DNA of 64,000 nt from Marinicella sp. (lineage in GTDB: Bacteria; Pseudomonadota; Gammaproteobacteria; Xanthomonadales; Marinicellaceae): contig OZ246001.1 of NCBI GenBank assembly GCA_965230295.1, positions 2,336,001 through 2,400,000 of the forward strand, read 5' to 3'. Position 1 is the first letter of the stretch. Each line of letters opens with the position of its first letter. The translations under genes and the position numbers were made by a program. The notes below the pieces were generated by a model, which saw only the letters and a program-made list of their open reading frames with translations, made no database searches and was not told the DNA's origin. This document shows, piece by piece, positions 19,603 to 29,839 of this stretch.

Positions 19603-19692
19603 CCGCATTCAGTCAACAGTAGAATTTTTATCTTTGAATGCTGTGGCTTTGCGGGTGTGCATTTCTGACCCTCTTGACCGAATTTGCTTGGG

Positions 19693-20247
19693 TTAATTTT
19701 CTTCAAATTGTTGTGCCAGCAAGAGCAACTTTTTACTGCGTTCTTTAATCCTTTTGGCCGGCACTCCAGCATAAATACTCCATTCACTGGTGTCTTCTAA
19801 CACCAGTGACATGGCACCAATTGAAGTTCCCGTATCAAGTGTGACACCAGGCATGATGACAGATCCTGCGCCAACGATCGAATGTTGCTTTAAAGTAACT
19901 GCCTTTTTAAATTCATTTTTGTATTTGACTGGAATGGTTGAGTTGGCCATGGTCATGCCACTGTAGTCATCGGATTGGCTGAAGACTTTTACGCCATATG
20001 CCAAAGTGGTGTAATCTTCCAGCACAATGCCTTTCTCACCGCCTGCGATCAAGCACTGGGGTGTGATGTGTATGTGCTTGCCAATTGAAACATGTCCGGA
20101 TACCACACAGAAGTCATCAATCCTTGAATGGTCATTGATGCTGATCAGGTGGTGATCATAGATTGCGGCTTTGTCACTTATTTTGACGTTTTTGCCGATG
20201 TGTTTGAAACCCAGTTGGTTTAATTCTTCTTTCGTATAATAAGCCAT
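19693..20247 (-). CDS. Left-handed beta-helix acyltransferase, VioB-like (dTDP-4-amino-4,6-dideoxyhexose N-acetyltransferase)
   Basis: MAYY..EEL..LGFK.IG.NVKISDKA.IY, RIDDFCV, SDDYSG, hexapeptide repeats, YAGVPAK; TGATG overlap with the upstream gene. Confidence 0.75.
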   Translation of the reverse strand: MAYYTKEELNQLGFKHIGKNVKISDKAAIYDHHLISINDHSRIDDFCVVSGHVSIGKHIHITPQCLIAGGEKGIVLEDYTTLAYGVKVFSQSDDYSGMTMANSTIPVKYKNEFKKAVTLKQHSIVGAGSVIMPGVTLDTGTSIGAMSLVLEDTSEWSIYAGVPAKRIKERSKKLLLLAQQFEEN

Positions 20248-21317
20248 CAGCATGAGCTCCTGAATAAAGTTTTTAATTGCTTTAAATAGTTTTCTTCAGA
20301 GAAGTAAGTCCTCACAGCCATTTGATTGTGGCTTTTTTGTGCTTCAGTCAGTCGATCTAAATCAAGTGTATTGATATCATACACCTTAAGTCCTATTTCC
20401 GTGAACAAATCCCATGAACTGATGTTTGGCTTCATGAATATTTTTTTACCCAGGCCAATCAAACTTATGGTGTTTCCCATGGCTTGTTGTCGATTGTGCG
20501 CAAATACAGCAATATCAATGTCAGATAAAAATTTCAAATAGTCTTCATAAGGCATGAATTCGGTCAAGGCCACGAACTGATCGCCAAACATTTCTTGGCC
20601 GGTTTTGATGACCTCTTTGGCATGGTTTTGGTCACCATAAGACAAAGGGGTGAATAGCTTGATGGGCTGCGATTTGAATTGACTGAGGTGCTCAAAAATC
20701 TCAAGGTGGTTGTTGCTTGGGTCTGCGGAATTCCCCACTTGGATGTTGATCCCCTCATGTGGCTTTGATTGAATATTGATGTGTTTGTATAGATTGCTTG
20801 GGTACATAAAACACTCGTGGTATTCAGCATCAAGACCATACCATCGCTTGGCCAGTGAGTAATCACCTTTGACATAGGTGACAACGTGTTTAATGTCTTT
20901 AAATACCCTGATTCTGAAAAATTCATAAATCTCATGGTAAAAATGCTTTTTCTTCAGAAGTTTATAAAAGTAAAGGTCTTTACCCCAAATCAGCCAGTAA
21001 ACCTTCTTTCTTAACCGAGGAAACAAATACAAAAATAGCAGCAACCAAGGAGATGCCAGTGAGTGGACAAAAATAGTTTTTGACCTGAACATCATGGCCA
21101 ACAATTTAAGGTGTTTAAGCACTGAAAAATAGCGTGCGAATATGAAGTTAAATTTAAATTTTTTATAGCCTTCATCATGATGGCCATAATGAAAGAGTTC
21201 ATGACAACTCAAGTCAAAGTTATGGTGAGACATGAACTCGAAAAACCCCTTTGAAAATTTCTTTTCATTGTTGAAGATATGTAAATACGCTGTCGTTTTT
21301 TTGGCTTGTTCAGTCAT
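20247..21317 (-). CDS. WecF-like 4-acetamido-fucosyltransferase (GT56)
   Basis: IWGKDLY, IQVGNSADPSNNH, PLSYGD, RQQAMGN motifs typical of the WecF family; start MTEQ at 21317. Confidence 0.8.
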   Translation of the reverse strand: MTEQAKKTTAYLHIFNNEKKFSKGFFEFMSHHNFDLSCHELFHYGHHDEGYKKFKFNFIFARYFSVLKHLKLLAMMFRSKTIFVHSLASPWLLLFLYLFPRLRKKVYWLIWGKDLYFYKLLKKKHFYHEIYEFFRIRVFKDIKHVVTYVKGDYSLAKRWYGLDAEYHECFMYPSNLYKHINIQSKPHEGINIQVGNSADPSNNHLEIFEHLSQFKSQPIKLFTPLSYGDQNHAKEVIKTGQEMFGDQFVALTEFMPYEDYLKFLSDIDIAVFAHNRQQAMGNTISLIGLGKKIFMKPNISSWDLFTEIGLKVYDINTLDLDRLTEAQKSHNQMAVRTYFSEENYLKQLKTLFRSSC

Positions 21318-22218
21318 GGATTTGTATGGTTTCTTTGGGTGGAGGCATGGCTTTACCAATCAAAAACATCAACAAGTCAGTCAATATGCTGATGACCCTA
21401 AATAACAGGATCACTTGCAAGGCAAAAATGGCCCCTAAGAATGGGCTGAATAATAGGGTGAACGTATACTCCCTGATGCCAACACCGCCTGGGGCTCCAG
21501 GTACCAAAAATCCAATTAAGAACGACAAGGCGAACCCGGAAACACATAAAAAATAGGGTGTTTCATAATGATTGACCACCAAGCCAGTCAGTATATAAAT
21601 AGAAAGTCCGCCCAATAATGACATACCAAAGAAAATGATATATACCTGAAATAATGTGATCACTTTATTTTGTAAAATCTCTATTTTCTCGCGGATTTTG
21701 TCCAGGAAAAAGAACACTAAAGTACCACCTAATATGCCAGCCAATACAATCAAAGATAGGTGTTTGCCGCTGATCAGTTTTGAAGCATCGTAATACAACA
21801 GATAACAAACCCCAACAGATAGAGAGGCCAAGGAAAACATCAAAATTTCAACAAATACCGAATAGGCAATGTCTGCTTTCTTAAGGTGTGTTTTTGCCAA
21901 ATAAATCCTGCCTATGAAATGGGCCACATTGCCAGGTAAGTATTTTGCGATTTGAGTCAGCGCAGTGATTCTGAATGCCGTTTTGAACTTGAACTCGGGG
22001 TATTTCTTGTTGACCAAAACAACCCAGGCAAAAGAAAATAGCACATAACCCAAAAGTCCAATACCCACTAAAAAAAGTCCTGTTAAAGTGTTAGGCCAGG
22101 AAAATGTGATCGGTTCTAATTTGGAAAAATTTTCCCACAGTATTTGCAGCAACAAATAGACAGATATGATGACCAATATGTGTCCAATGTATTTGATGTG
22201 CTTTTTGTATTTTTCCAT
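21310..22218 (-). CDS. Lysylphosphatidylglycerol-synthase-TM (UPF0104) membrane protein, putative lipid-linked sugar flippase
   Basis: About 8 TMs; KYLPGNV and PGAPGGVGIRE motifs, LFRVI near the C-terminus. Confidence 0.75.
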   Translation of the reverse strand: MEKYKKHIKYIGHILVIISVYLLLQILWENFSKLEPITFSWPNTLTGLFLVGIGLLGYVLFSFAWVVLVNKKYPEFKFKTAFRITALTQIAKYLPGNVAHFIGRIYLAKTHLKKADIAYSVFVEILMFSLASLSVGVCYLLYYDASKLISGKHLSLIVLAGILGGTLVFFFLDKIREKIEILQNKVITLFQVYIIFFGMSLLGGLSIYILTGLVVNHYETPYFLCVSGFALSFLIGFLVPGAPGGVGIREYTFTLLFSPFLGAIFALQVILLFRVISILTDLLMFLIGKAMPPPKETIQIHD

Positions 22219-22300
22219 CTTCAGCAGTTCTCAAGTTGTCAATGCGAATTTTTGTGGGTGATGATCTTCAATGTTTTTGTTAATAATTGGGTGTTATGGG

Positions 22301-23443
22301 TCAATGATTGTATTTGTAGAACGCTTCAATACTGCTGATTACGGATTGTAATTCAGTGGCTTTGATACCATAAAACAGTGGTAACCTCAGTAAACGTTCA
22401 CTTTCTTTTGTGGTGAATTCATCAGTGCCTGATAAGCGTCCAAAATTCATGCCAGCTGGGGCGCTGTGCAAAGGTACATAGTGAAAAACACTCAATATGT
22501 CAGCTTCCTTCAGATGCTTGATCAATTGAGATCTGACATCCAGGTTTTCAACTTTAATGTAAAACATATGGGCGTTGTGCTGACAATTTGAGGGGATGCT
22601 GGGCAACTCAATGAAACCAGAATTTGCCAACCCACTTAAGCCCTTTAAATACGTGTTCCAACTGGCTAAGCGGTTGTTTCTGATTGTCTGATATTGTTCA
22701 AGTTGGCCCCATAAATAAGCCGCACTGACGTCATTCATCAAATAACTGCTGCCAATGTCGACCCAGGAGTACTTATCAACCATACCCCTGAAGAACAAGC
22801 TCCTGTTGGTACCTTTTTCTCTGATGATTTCTGCCCTTTCTACGAATTTTTTATCGTTTATAATTAATAAGCCTCCTTCACCTGCGCTGGTGTAATTTTT
22901 AGTTTCATGAAAACTGAATGCGCCCATGTGACCAATGGTTCCTAGTTGTTGATTTTGGTAGCTGCTGGTCATGGCTTGAGCAGCATCTTCAATCACATAC
23001 AAACCATGATGATCGGCAATGTTCATGATTTTTTCCATTTCACAACCCACACCTGCATAATGCACTGGAACAATGGCTTTGGTTTTTGGACTCAGTGCGG
23101 CTTCTATCTTATCCTCGTCTAAATTCATGGTGTCGGGACGGATGTCCACAAACACTATTTTGGCACCCCGTAACACAAATGCATTGGCCGTTGAGACAAA
23201 TGTATATGAAGGCATGATCACTTCATCACCAGCTTTGATGTCAAGCAGCATAGCAGCCATTTCTAGTGCATGAGTGCATGAGGTGGTTAACAGTGCTTTT
23301 TTGCAGTTCAGGTGTTGAGTGAACCATTCATGACACATCTTTGTGTAACTACCATCACCAGATATTTGTGCACTTTGCATAGACTGCATCACATGTTTTT
23401 CTTCATTCCCTGTAAATGGTGGTTTGTTAAATGGTATTTTCAT
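22301..23443 (-). CDS. wecE: dTDP-4-amino-4,6-dideoxygalactose transaminase
   Basis: IPFNKP, TTSCTHALEMAA, SYTFVSTANAF, SFHETKN (PLP lysine), EKGTNR...VDKYSW, FHYVPLHS. Confidence 0.93.
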   Translation of the reverse strand: MKIPFNKPPFTGNEEKHVMQSMQSAQISGDGSYTKMCHEWFTQHLNCKKALLTTSCTHALEMAAMLLDIKAGDEVIMPSYTFVSTANAFVLRGAKIVFVDIRPDTMNLDEDKIEAALSPKTKAIVPVHYAGVGCEMEKIMNIADHHGLYVIEDAAQAMTSSYQNQQLGTIGHMGAFSFHETKNYTSAGEGGLLIINDKKFVERAEIIREKGTNRSLFFRGMVDKYSWVDIGSSYLMNDVSAAYLWGQLEQYQTIRNNRLASWNTYLKGLSGLANSGFIELPSIPSNCQHNAHMFYIKVENLDVRSQLIKHLKEADILSVFHYVPLHSAPAGMNFGRLSGTDEFTTKESERLLRLPLFYGIKATELQSVISSIEAFYKYNH

Positions 23444-23728
23444 AGCTCATTCTCAGCCAAGTGAACAAAAAGTAATCTCATCCAATAATGTTACCCTGAA
23501 TCAGGCCAATAAGGGACAAGAAATTTCACTGGTGTTAGATTAAGCTCAGTGATTGAATTGAAGAATGGGGCTGAGCAGACAAGTTCCGCCTGATAGTTGA
23601 TCTAAGATACGCTTTTTGAATGGTGGTTTTGAGACCAAAAGATAAATGTCGCAGTTAGACTAATAGCACATGTATATTTTGAAGGTATCTTCTATAATCA
23701 TATTAACTGTAAAGAATGAAGGGAACAT

Positions 23729-24736
23729 ATGGAGAACAGGTATCAAACTAAAAAGTCTAAGTTGAATTTGTGGCTGTATGTCACATTGACAGTGGTGGCT
23801 TTGATGTTTTTGTTATCTTTTTATTTCGATCAAGAGCCTCAATTCTTTGATGTCAATGAAGTGGCTAAAAAGAGAGCAAGTTCGCACAACCATGAATTGG
23901 TCACAGGCTATACCAGCGGTGCAACCTTTATGGAAGTGACAGATGTGTTGTTGAATAAGCCAGGTGGCTATATGTCAAATGATGTGTTGCCACCCTTTGT
24001 GCTGATGGACAACATACCCAATTGGGAATTTGGTGTGTTGGTCCAGGTGCGAGATTTTGCCCGAGTCATGCGCAATGACATCAGTCGTTCACAAAGTCAG
24101 TCAGTAGAAGACATTGACTTGAGAGAAGCTGATCCCAAGTTCCACAATGACCATGATAAGTGGATTTGGCCTCAAACAGAAGGCCGGTATCGAGAAGGTC
24201 AAGTCTATTTTCATAATTACCTCGAGCGTTTGGCAGATACCAGCGACCCTGATGGTCAATTTTTTGCCCGTACAGACAACCTGGTCATTTGGTTGAATCT
24301 GGTAGAGAAACGATTGGGGGCGATGTCACAGAAGCTGAGTGCCAGTGTTGGTCAGGATCGCGTCAACACCGATACGGGAGGTGATGAAGTGGCCGAAACT
24401 TCAACCTATAAACCCAGTGAATTGCGGGTACAAACACCATGGCTCAAGATAGATGATAATTTTTATGAAGCCCGAGGTGCAACATGGGCTTTGATTCATT
24501 TCATGAAAGCTGTTGAGGTCGATTTTAAGGGTGTCTTAGAGAAAAAGAATGCACTGGTCTCACTGCGACAGATTATACGTGAACTGGAGGCGGCCCAAGA
24601 CACCATATGGACACCCATGATACTGAACGGTTCTGGTTTTGGCTTTTTCGCCAACCATTCATTGGTGATGGCGTCATACATTTCAAGAGCCAATGCAGGT
24701 GTGATCGATTTAAGACAGCTATTAGAGGATGGTTGA
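23729..24736 (+). CDS. DUF2333 family protein
   Basis: N-terminal TM; KPGGYMSND..PP...DNIPNWEFGVL.QVRD, IDDNFYEARG, NHSLVMASYISRANA. Confidence 0.88.
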   Translation: MENRYQTKKSKLNLWLYVTLTVVALMFLLSFYFDQEPQFFDVNEVAKKRASSHNHELVTGYTSGATFMEVTDVLLNKPGGYMSNDVLPPFVLMDNIPNWEFGVLVQVRDFARVMRNDISRSQSQSVEDIDLREADPKFHNDHDKWIWPQTEGRYREGQVYFHNYLERLADTSDPDGQFFARTDNLVIWLNLVEKRLGAMSQKLSASVGQDRVNTDTGGDEVAETSTYKPSELRVQTPWLKIDDNFYEARGATWALIHFMKAVEVDFKGVLEKKNALVSLRQIIRELEAAQDTIWTPMILNGSGFGFFANHSLVMASYISRANAGVIDLRQLLEDG

Positions 24737-24793
24737 ACACGTTTGAATTTGTTATCCTTGTACCTGTTTAACTACAGGCGCAAAGGGTAATTA

Positions 24794-26680
24794 ATGAACC
24801 AACATAAGTATCGCTTAGATATTCAAGGACTGAGGGCAGTTGCTGTTCTGTTGGTGGTCTTTAATCACTTGGGAATGAATATGTTTTCAGGTGGTTTTGT
24901 CGGAGTTGACGTGTTTTTTGTGATCTCTGGATATGTTATTTCTTTGGTTATCTTAAAAGAGTTTGACGCATTCAACGGATTCGATTTCAAACGATTCTAT
25001 TTAAAACGCATTCAAAGGCTGGCACCTGCCTTGGCGGTGTTAATCATAACGGTTTCTTGGTTTGTGATGTTTCAATCTCAATGGGAAGCCGAGCAAATAA
25101 ACAATACCATAAAGACCTCTTACTTTGCTTTGCTGTGGGTCAGTAATTTTTATTATGCATTCAGGGATGTGGATTATTTTGACACATCCATTGGTGAAGA
25201 ATTGTTTCTACACACGTGGTCACTGGGCGTTGAAGAACAATTCTATTTGTTTTGGCCTGTCATTCTTATCTTGTTATTAACCCATATCGCTTCACCGAAG
25301 GCCAAAATTAAGTGGATTTCAGCGCTGGTTCTGATGTCCTTGCTGTTGCATTTTATGCTTTCCCAATTTGGCGATATGGTGTCTTTTTATATGATGCCAA
25401 CCAGAATGTGGCAATTCGGCCTGGGTGGGCTGGTTGCATTTTATCATTTTAAAGGCAAGTTCAATCAATCGCTGGCTCAAATCCAGTGGTTGGCACCCAT
25501 TGGATTGGTGACAATCGTATTAAGCGCAGTGATGCTGACAGAACATAGCCGATATCCATATTGGCAGGTGATGCCGCCAACGGTAGGTGCGGCCATGGTA
25601 GTCCTGGCGACAAACCCGTCTCAACTTGGATTCACAGCCAAGGTTTTATCTCTCAAGCCAATGGTTTGGATTGGGAACCTATCCTATTCAATTTATCTGT
25701 GGCATTGGCCACTGGTTTACTTGGTTTTTGATTATTATGCAATGTCAGGGTTATGGGCCGGGTATGTTTTGTACTTCCTGCTCACTATGTCTTTATCAGC
25801 GATGAGTTTTTATCTGGTAGAAAACCCAACCCGGAAGTATCAGTTTCCAGATGCCGTTGGGTTTGTTAAAAAGGCTGTTTTTGTCAGTAGCCTGTTTGCG
25901 ATCACATTATTGATGATCCAATTCTCAAATAATTATTTCAATGGAAGCATCAGAAAAAACCAGCCAGTTAAGTATGTTGCTGCTCATGACAAGCCAGAAA
26001 TTTATAACATGGATTGTGATAGTTTTTACCACAATGATGACTTAACTCCATGTGTTTTTGGAAATGACAAGGCTGAGAACCATGTGGTTTTAATGGGCGA
26101 TTCTGTTGGCATGCAATGGTTTTCCACAGTGAAGGAAAAGTACCTGTCAATGGGATGGAAGCTCACGGTATTAACAAAGTCAAGCTGTCCACTCATTGAA
26201 ATACCTTTTTATTATCGAGTGGTTAAGTCAACTTATGATGTCTGTGACAGTTGGAAAGAGAAGGTGTATCAATACATTTTATCTATCAACCCAGATCTGA
26301 TCATTTTAGGAAATGCCAGTAATTACCCGTTTGATGAGTCGCAATGGAAACAAGGCTTGAGACAACTATTTGAAAAGCTCAGGCCAATAAAAAGTGTTGT
26401 TAAATTTGTGATCAGTTCACCCATCAATGCAGGTTGTGTTCAACAAGAGAATCAGGCTGGGCACTGTCAGTTTGTACCTGCTCAATCAGAACAATTTAAA
26501 TGGCAAAAAGAAGTGATTGCTGAGTTTACTGAAGTCAGTGTCATTGATTTGACTGAATATATATGTCCTGATGGGCTGTGCAGTGATCAAATGGGTGACA
26601 TGATCGTGTTTCGGGATAAAACTCATTTGACTGATACTTACGTCAGATCTTTGTATCAAAAAATCCAGCCATATTTTTAG
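24794..26680 (+). CDS. OafA-like acyltransferase_3 + SGNH O-acetyltransferase
   Basis: YRLDIQGLRAVAV, GGFVGVDVFFVISGY, HTWSLGVEEQFY, SYSIYLWHWP; SGNH GDS and DxxH (RDKTH). Confidence 0.9.
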   Translation: MNQHKYRLDIQGLRAVAVLLVVFNHLGMNMFSGGFVGVDVFFVISGYVISLVILKEFDAFNGFDFKRFYLKRIQRLAPALAVLIITVSWFVMFQSQWEAEQINNTIKTSYFALLWVSNFYYAFRDVDYFDTSIGEELFLHTWSLGVEEQFYLFWPVILILLLTHIASPKAKIKWISALVLMSLLLHFMLSQFGDMVSFYMMPTRMWQFGLGGLVAFYHFKGKFNQSLAQIQWLAPIGLVTIVLSAVMLTEHSRYPYWQVMPPTVGAAMVVLATNPSQLGFTAKVLSLKPMVWIGNLSYSIYLWHWPLVYLVFDYYAMSGLWAGYVLYFLLTMSLSAMSFYLVENPTRKYQFPDAVGFVKKAVFVSSLFAITLLMIQFSNNYFNGSIRKNQPVKYVAAHDKPEIYNMDCDSFYHNDDLTPCVFGNDKAENHVVLMGDSVGMQWFSTVKEKYLSMGWKLTVLTKSSCPLIEIPFYYRVVKSTYDVCDSWKEKVYQYILSINPDLIILGNASNYPFDESQWKQGLRQLFEKLRPIKSVVKFVISSPINAGCVQQENQAGHCQFVPAQSEQFKWQKEVIAEFTEVSVIDLTEYICPDGLCSDQMGDMIVFRDKTHLTDTYVRSLYQKIQPYF

Positions 26681-26707
26681 TTACCAATAAGGTACTCAAC
26701 CCTGGTA

Positions 26708-28474
26708 TCAGTTCAGTGAATATTTCAACAACAGTTGATCAGCTGATTTAATTTGTAAAGTCATTGGCGCTGCCGCATCTTCAGCTTTTACTTCAAATTG
26801 TAGCAAATGGAAGTTTGTACTATTCAATGATTTAAAAATGGGATTGTTGCCCAGTGGTGACGTGGTTAAAGATACAGGAATTTCTGTGTTTGAATCAGAA
26901 GATTGGGGGTGTATTGTGAGTGCCAGTGCTTGATGTTTAGATTTAACAACCCAACCTTTAAGGGAGCCATCACTTATTTCATGATACACCACAGGGGGCA
27001 TCATGCATTGACCTCCTCCAGCCTTAAAAAAATGAAAGTTTTTCAGCCCGTCATTCAATACAAAAGTATCTATCAGCTTCATCCCGTTTAAGTACGCACA
27101 TGCTGATTGGTAAAAGTCAATTTGTTCATTCAATTTCAAGGATGAATGTTCAATCAGCACCAGCTCTGTGGTTGTTGATTCGGCATGGATCAAATCCATC
27201 AGCATCAATTGTCTAGCGCGTCCATGTTTTTCATTCAATGGGTGCGGTAGTGATTTGATGGTTTTGGCCCGTTTTGAGTAAAAAGTCAGCTCAGCCAATG
27301 TTTTAAACTGATCAACCACCAAGGTGCTGGCTTGTTCCTGATGCAATAGTTCATCTGCCTTGTTAGTGATTTCCTGCCACCCCACAGCATTGCTGATAAT
27401 TCTGGTTTTTAAAAGTGAGTTGGCAGTGGATCCATGTAGCCATATTTGCATGATTAGAAGTGCTGCAAAGGTCGCTACAACACCACTGGCCCAAGCCCAC
27501 TGTTTAACCGGAGAAGGTTTGTTGTTGGCAGCAGCCACCAATAACAGCACATAGGAAACCAAGGTCCAATGAATGTTGAGTCGTAAATTATCTGAAAAAA
27601 AACCCACCACCGCGTACATCATCCAATGTAAGGTTGCAGTATATGTGATGCTTTTAAGTAAAGGCTGCTTGCGTGTACCGGTTGAGCCCTGCAATATAGT
27701 CTGGAAGCAAAGCCAGAAAACTATCGGCGTGGTGATGAGAATTTGTATGAACAGGAAACTGGCGTGAGAAGCCTGGAATTCCCACGGGTGTCGATCTTTG
27801 AGTTGAAATGCCAACAACACAAAATCATGTTGTAAATTAAATACAATGATTGGTATGAAGCCGATTAACATCAGAGGCAGTGAGTATTTCAGGAGTGGTA
27901 TCACAACTTTCTGCTGTTTTCTGTAAACCCACAAAAAGACCAGCCCAGTAAGTAAAACAACAATCCAAAACCTTAGGTGCACATTGATGCCTGCTGCCAG
28001 CATGACCCCCAACCACAAATAAAAGTGTATCTGGTTGGTATTGATGGCTTTGGCAAGAAACAACATGGCCAACAGGGTGAAGAAGACAATCCATATATCA
28101 GGAATGGCCAAACCTCCAGCGATACCCAATAAAGGCAGTGCCGAGACCAACAAGCCTGTGAGCCATTTATTGTGTTCACTGGCATCGATCTCGTTAGCCA
28201 ATTGCATGGCCAGCCAAGGCATGCTCAAGGCAGCCAGCAGATTGGGTATTCTGATGAAAAATTGGTGTCGAGGAAATATCCAATCAGACAAGGCCAAAGT
28301 CCATGGTGTCCAACCTGGTACTTCACTGTAAGACCAATTTAACCACTGGCCTTCAAGCCAATAAAATGCCTCATCTACGAACAATTGGTTTTTATAGGCA
28401 GCATATATTTGCAGCAAACTGATCAGCACATATACGCTGAAGAAATAAAGCTTGGCTTTATCAGGCTTCAGCAT
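26708..28474 (-). CDS. ArnT/PMT-family (GT-C) membrane glycosyltransferase
   Basis: LFVDEAFYW after TM1, IRIP, AIPD; about 11 TMs plus a periplasmic C-domain. Confidence 0.75.
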   Translation of the reverse strand: MLKPDKAKLYFFSVYVLISLLQIYAAYKNQLFVDEAFYWLEGQWLNWSYSEVPGWTPWTLALSDWIFPRHQFFIRIPNLLAALSMPWLAMQLANEIDASEHNKWLTGLLVSALPLLGIAGGLAIPDIWIVFFTLLAMLFLAKAINTNQIHFYLWLGVMLAAGINVHLRFWIVVLLTGLVFLWVYRKQQKVVIPLLKYSLPLMLIGFIPIIVFNLQHDFVLLAFQLKDRHPWEFQASHASFLFIQILITTPIVFWLCFQTILQGSTGTRKQPLLKSITYTATLHWMMYAVVGFFSDNLRLNIHWTLVSYVLLLVAAANNKPSPVKQWAWASGVVATFAALLIMQIWLHGSTANSLLKTRIISNAVGWQEITNKADELLHQEQASTLVVDQFKTLAELTFYSKRAKTIKSLPHPLNEKHGRARQLMLMDLIHAESTTTELVLIEHSSLKLNEQIDFYQSACAYLNGMKLIDTFVLNDGLKNFHFFKAGGGQCMMPPVVYHEISDGSLKGWVVKSKHQALALTIHPQSSDSNTEIPVSLTTSPLGNNPIFKSLNSTNFHLLQFEVKAEDAAAPMTLQIKSADQLLLKYSLN

Positions 28475-29790
28475 TTAGGTACTTTGAGTTTTTTTCCTGC
28501 GTTGATGAGGTATCTGGGTGCTTTGATGGCATTCAACTGGGCAATTTCCCTTTTGCTGGAGCATTTAAATTTTCTACTGATGCTGCTCAATGAATCCCCT
28601 TGTTTGATTTTATAGTAGGTAAAGACCGGGCGATCTGGGAAGTCAGCATCATGAATGGTTTTTGCCAACGCCATTAAGTCAGAGTCATTACAACTGTTTT
28701 CATAAACAGGTTTCAACTCATTGGGTATAACCACCACCGCGTTTTGTTTGATGACCCGCTTGGCTTTAATGCTTGAGTTCAAATTTCGCAACACCCTGTA
28801 CCAGCCCATGGTTTTGTTGTATTGTCCAAAACAAACGGCCAATTCACTCAATGAAGTGTCAGTTTTCGCCCGAATCAAGGCGGTGCTGCCATCGATGCTG
28901 TCAAGGATCACATTGTAAGCATTGGGGTTTTCATAGATCAACATGGCTGACAGCACTATGGCAATATAGTCTTGTGTTTCACTGGGTAAGTCATAAAAGA
29001 ACTGACTGTCCCAGATGGATCGATTTTTGTGTTTTTTGTTGAGTCTTTTGAAGCGGTTTTCCCCGGCGTTGTAAGCCGCCAGGATTTTGGCAAAATCATC
29101 TCCATAAAGTTGCCTTTGTTCTAAGATGTAATTCGCAGCACCCTTTGCTGCTGATTCAGGGTGGAATCTGGCATCATAATCGCCTATGGTGCCTTGAACG
29201 CCAAACCTTTGGGCAGTGGCAGGCATGAATTGAAATAAACCACTGGCTCCGGCAGATGACATTGAATGCACACGGCCGCCACTTTCTTGTGTGATGATGG
29301 CCAACAAAAAAGCTTCCGGGATGTTTTTTTGTGCGAACGGTGGCCAAATTTTACTTCTTAAATACTGGTAGTTTTGCCAGGTTTCTATGAGTTTGGGTCT
29401 CTTCCAAGTCAACCATTCGTTCAAAGAAGCTTGAACCCTGACGTTATTGAGCAGTGGTTGATTCAAATCAATGACAGCTGTTGTCAGTTGGTTTGCCGGA
29501 TCGGCATTGGCTTGTGATTCTTCGGCTTCTCTGGCTTCTGGAGGCTGGTTTTCAGACAACTCGGCTTCAATTTTTTCTTGATCTGCCACATCGGCAAAAT
29601 ACTGGTTCAATTCATCCAGACAGGTGGGCTCTTTTTGGCACAATTCTATACCGGCTATCAACACAGCAGTTTCCAGTGGTTCTGGTTCAACAGCTTGTTC
29701 TGGTTTAACAGCCTTTTGTTGACAGGCAGAAAAAATGATCAGGGCAATAAAGATTGAAATTAGTCGCATAAAGTTAATTGCAGCAGTCAT
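28468..29790 (-). CDS. MltD-like lytic transglycosylase lipoprotein with LysM
   Basis: Lipobox-like FSAC; SLT motifs QESGG, GLFQFMPATA, AAYNAGE, ETQDY; C-terminal LysM (YKIKQGDSLSSIS). Confidence 0.88.
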   Translation of the reverse strand: MTAAINFMRLISIFIALIIFSACQQKAVKPEQAVEPEPLETAVLIAGIELCQKEPTCLDELNQYFADVADQEKIEAELSENQPPEAREAEESQANADPANQLTTAVIDLNQPLLNNVRVQASLNEWLTWKRPKLIETWQNYQYLRSKIWPPFAQKNIPEAFLLAIITQESGGRVHSMSSAGASGLFQFMPATAQRFGVQGTIGDYDARFHPESAAKGAANYILEQRQLYGDDFAKILAAYNAGENRFKRLNKKHKNRSIWDSQFFYDLPSETQDYIAIVLSAMLIYENPNAYNVILDSIDGSTALIRAKTDTSLSELAVCFGQYNKTMGWYRVLRNLNSSIKAKRVIKQNAVVVIPNELKPVYENSCNDSDLMALAKTIHDADFPDRPVFTYYKIKQGDSLSSISRKFKCSSKREIAQLNAIKAPRYLINAGKKLKVPKC

Positions 29791-29839
29791 GAGTATTGTG
29801 TATTATCAGTATTTTAGAGACTTCAGCAACCTTTCAACC

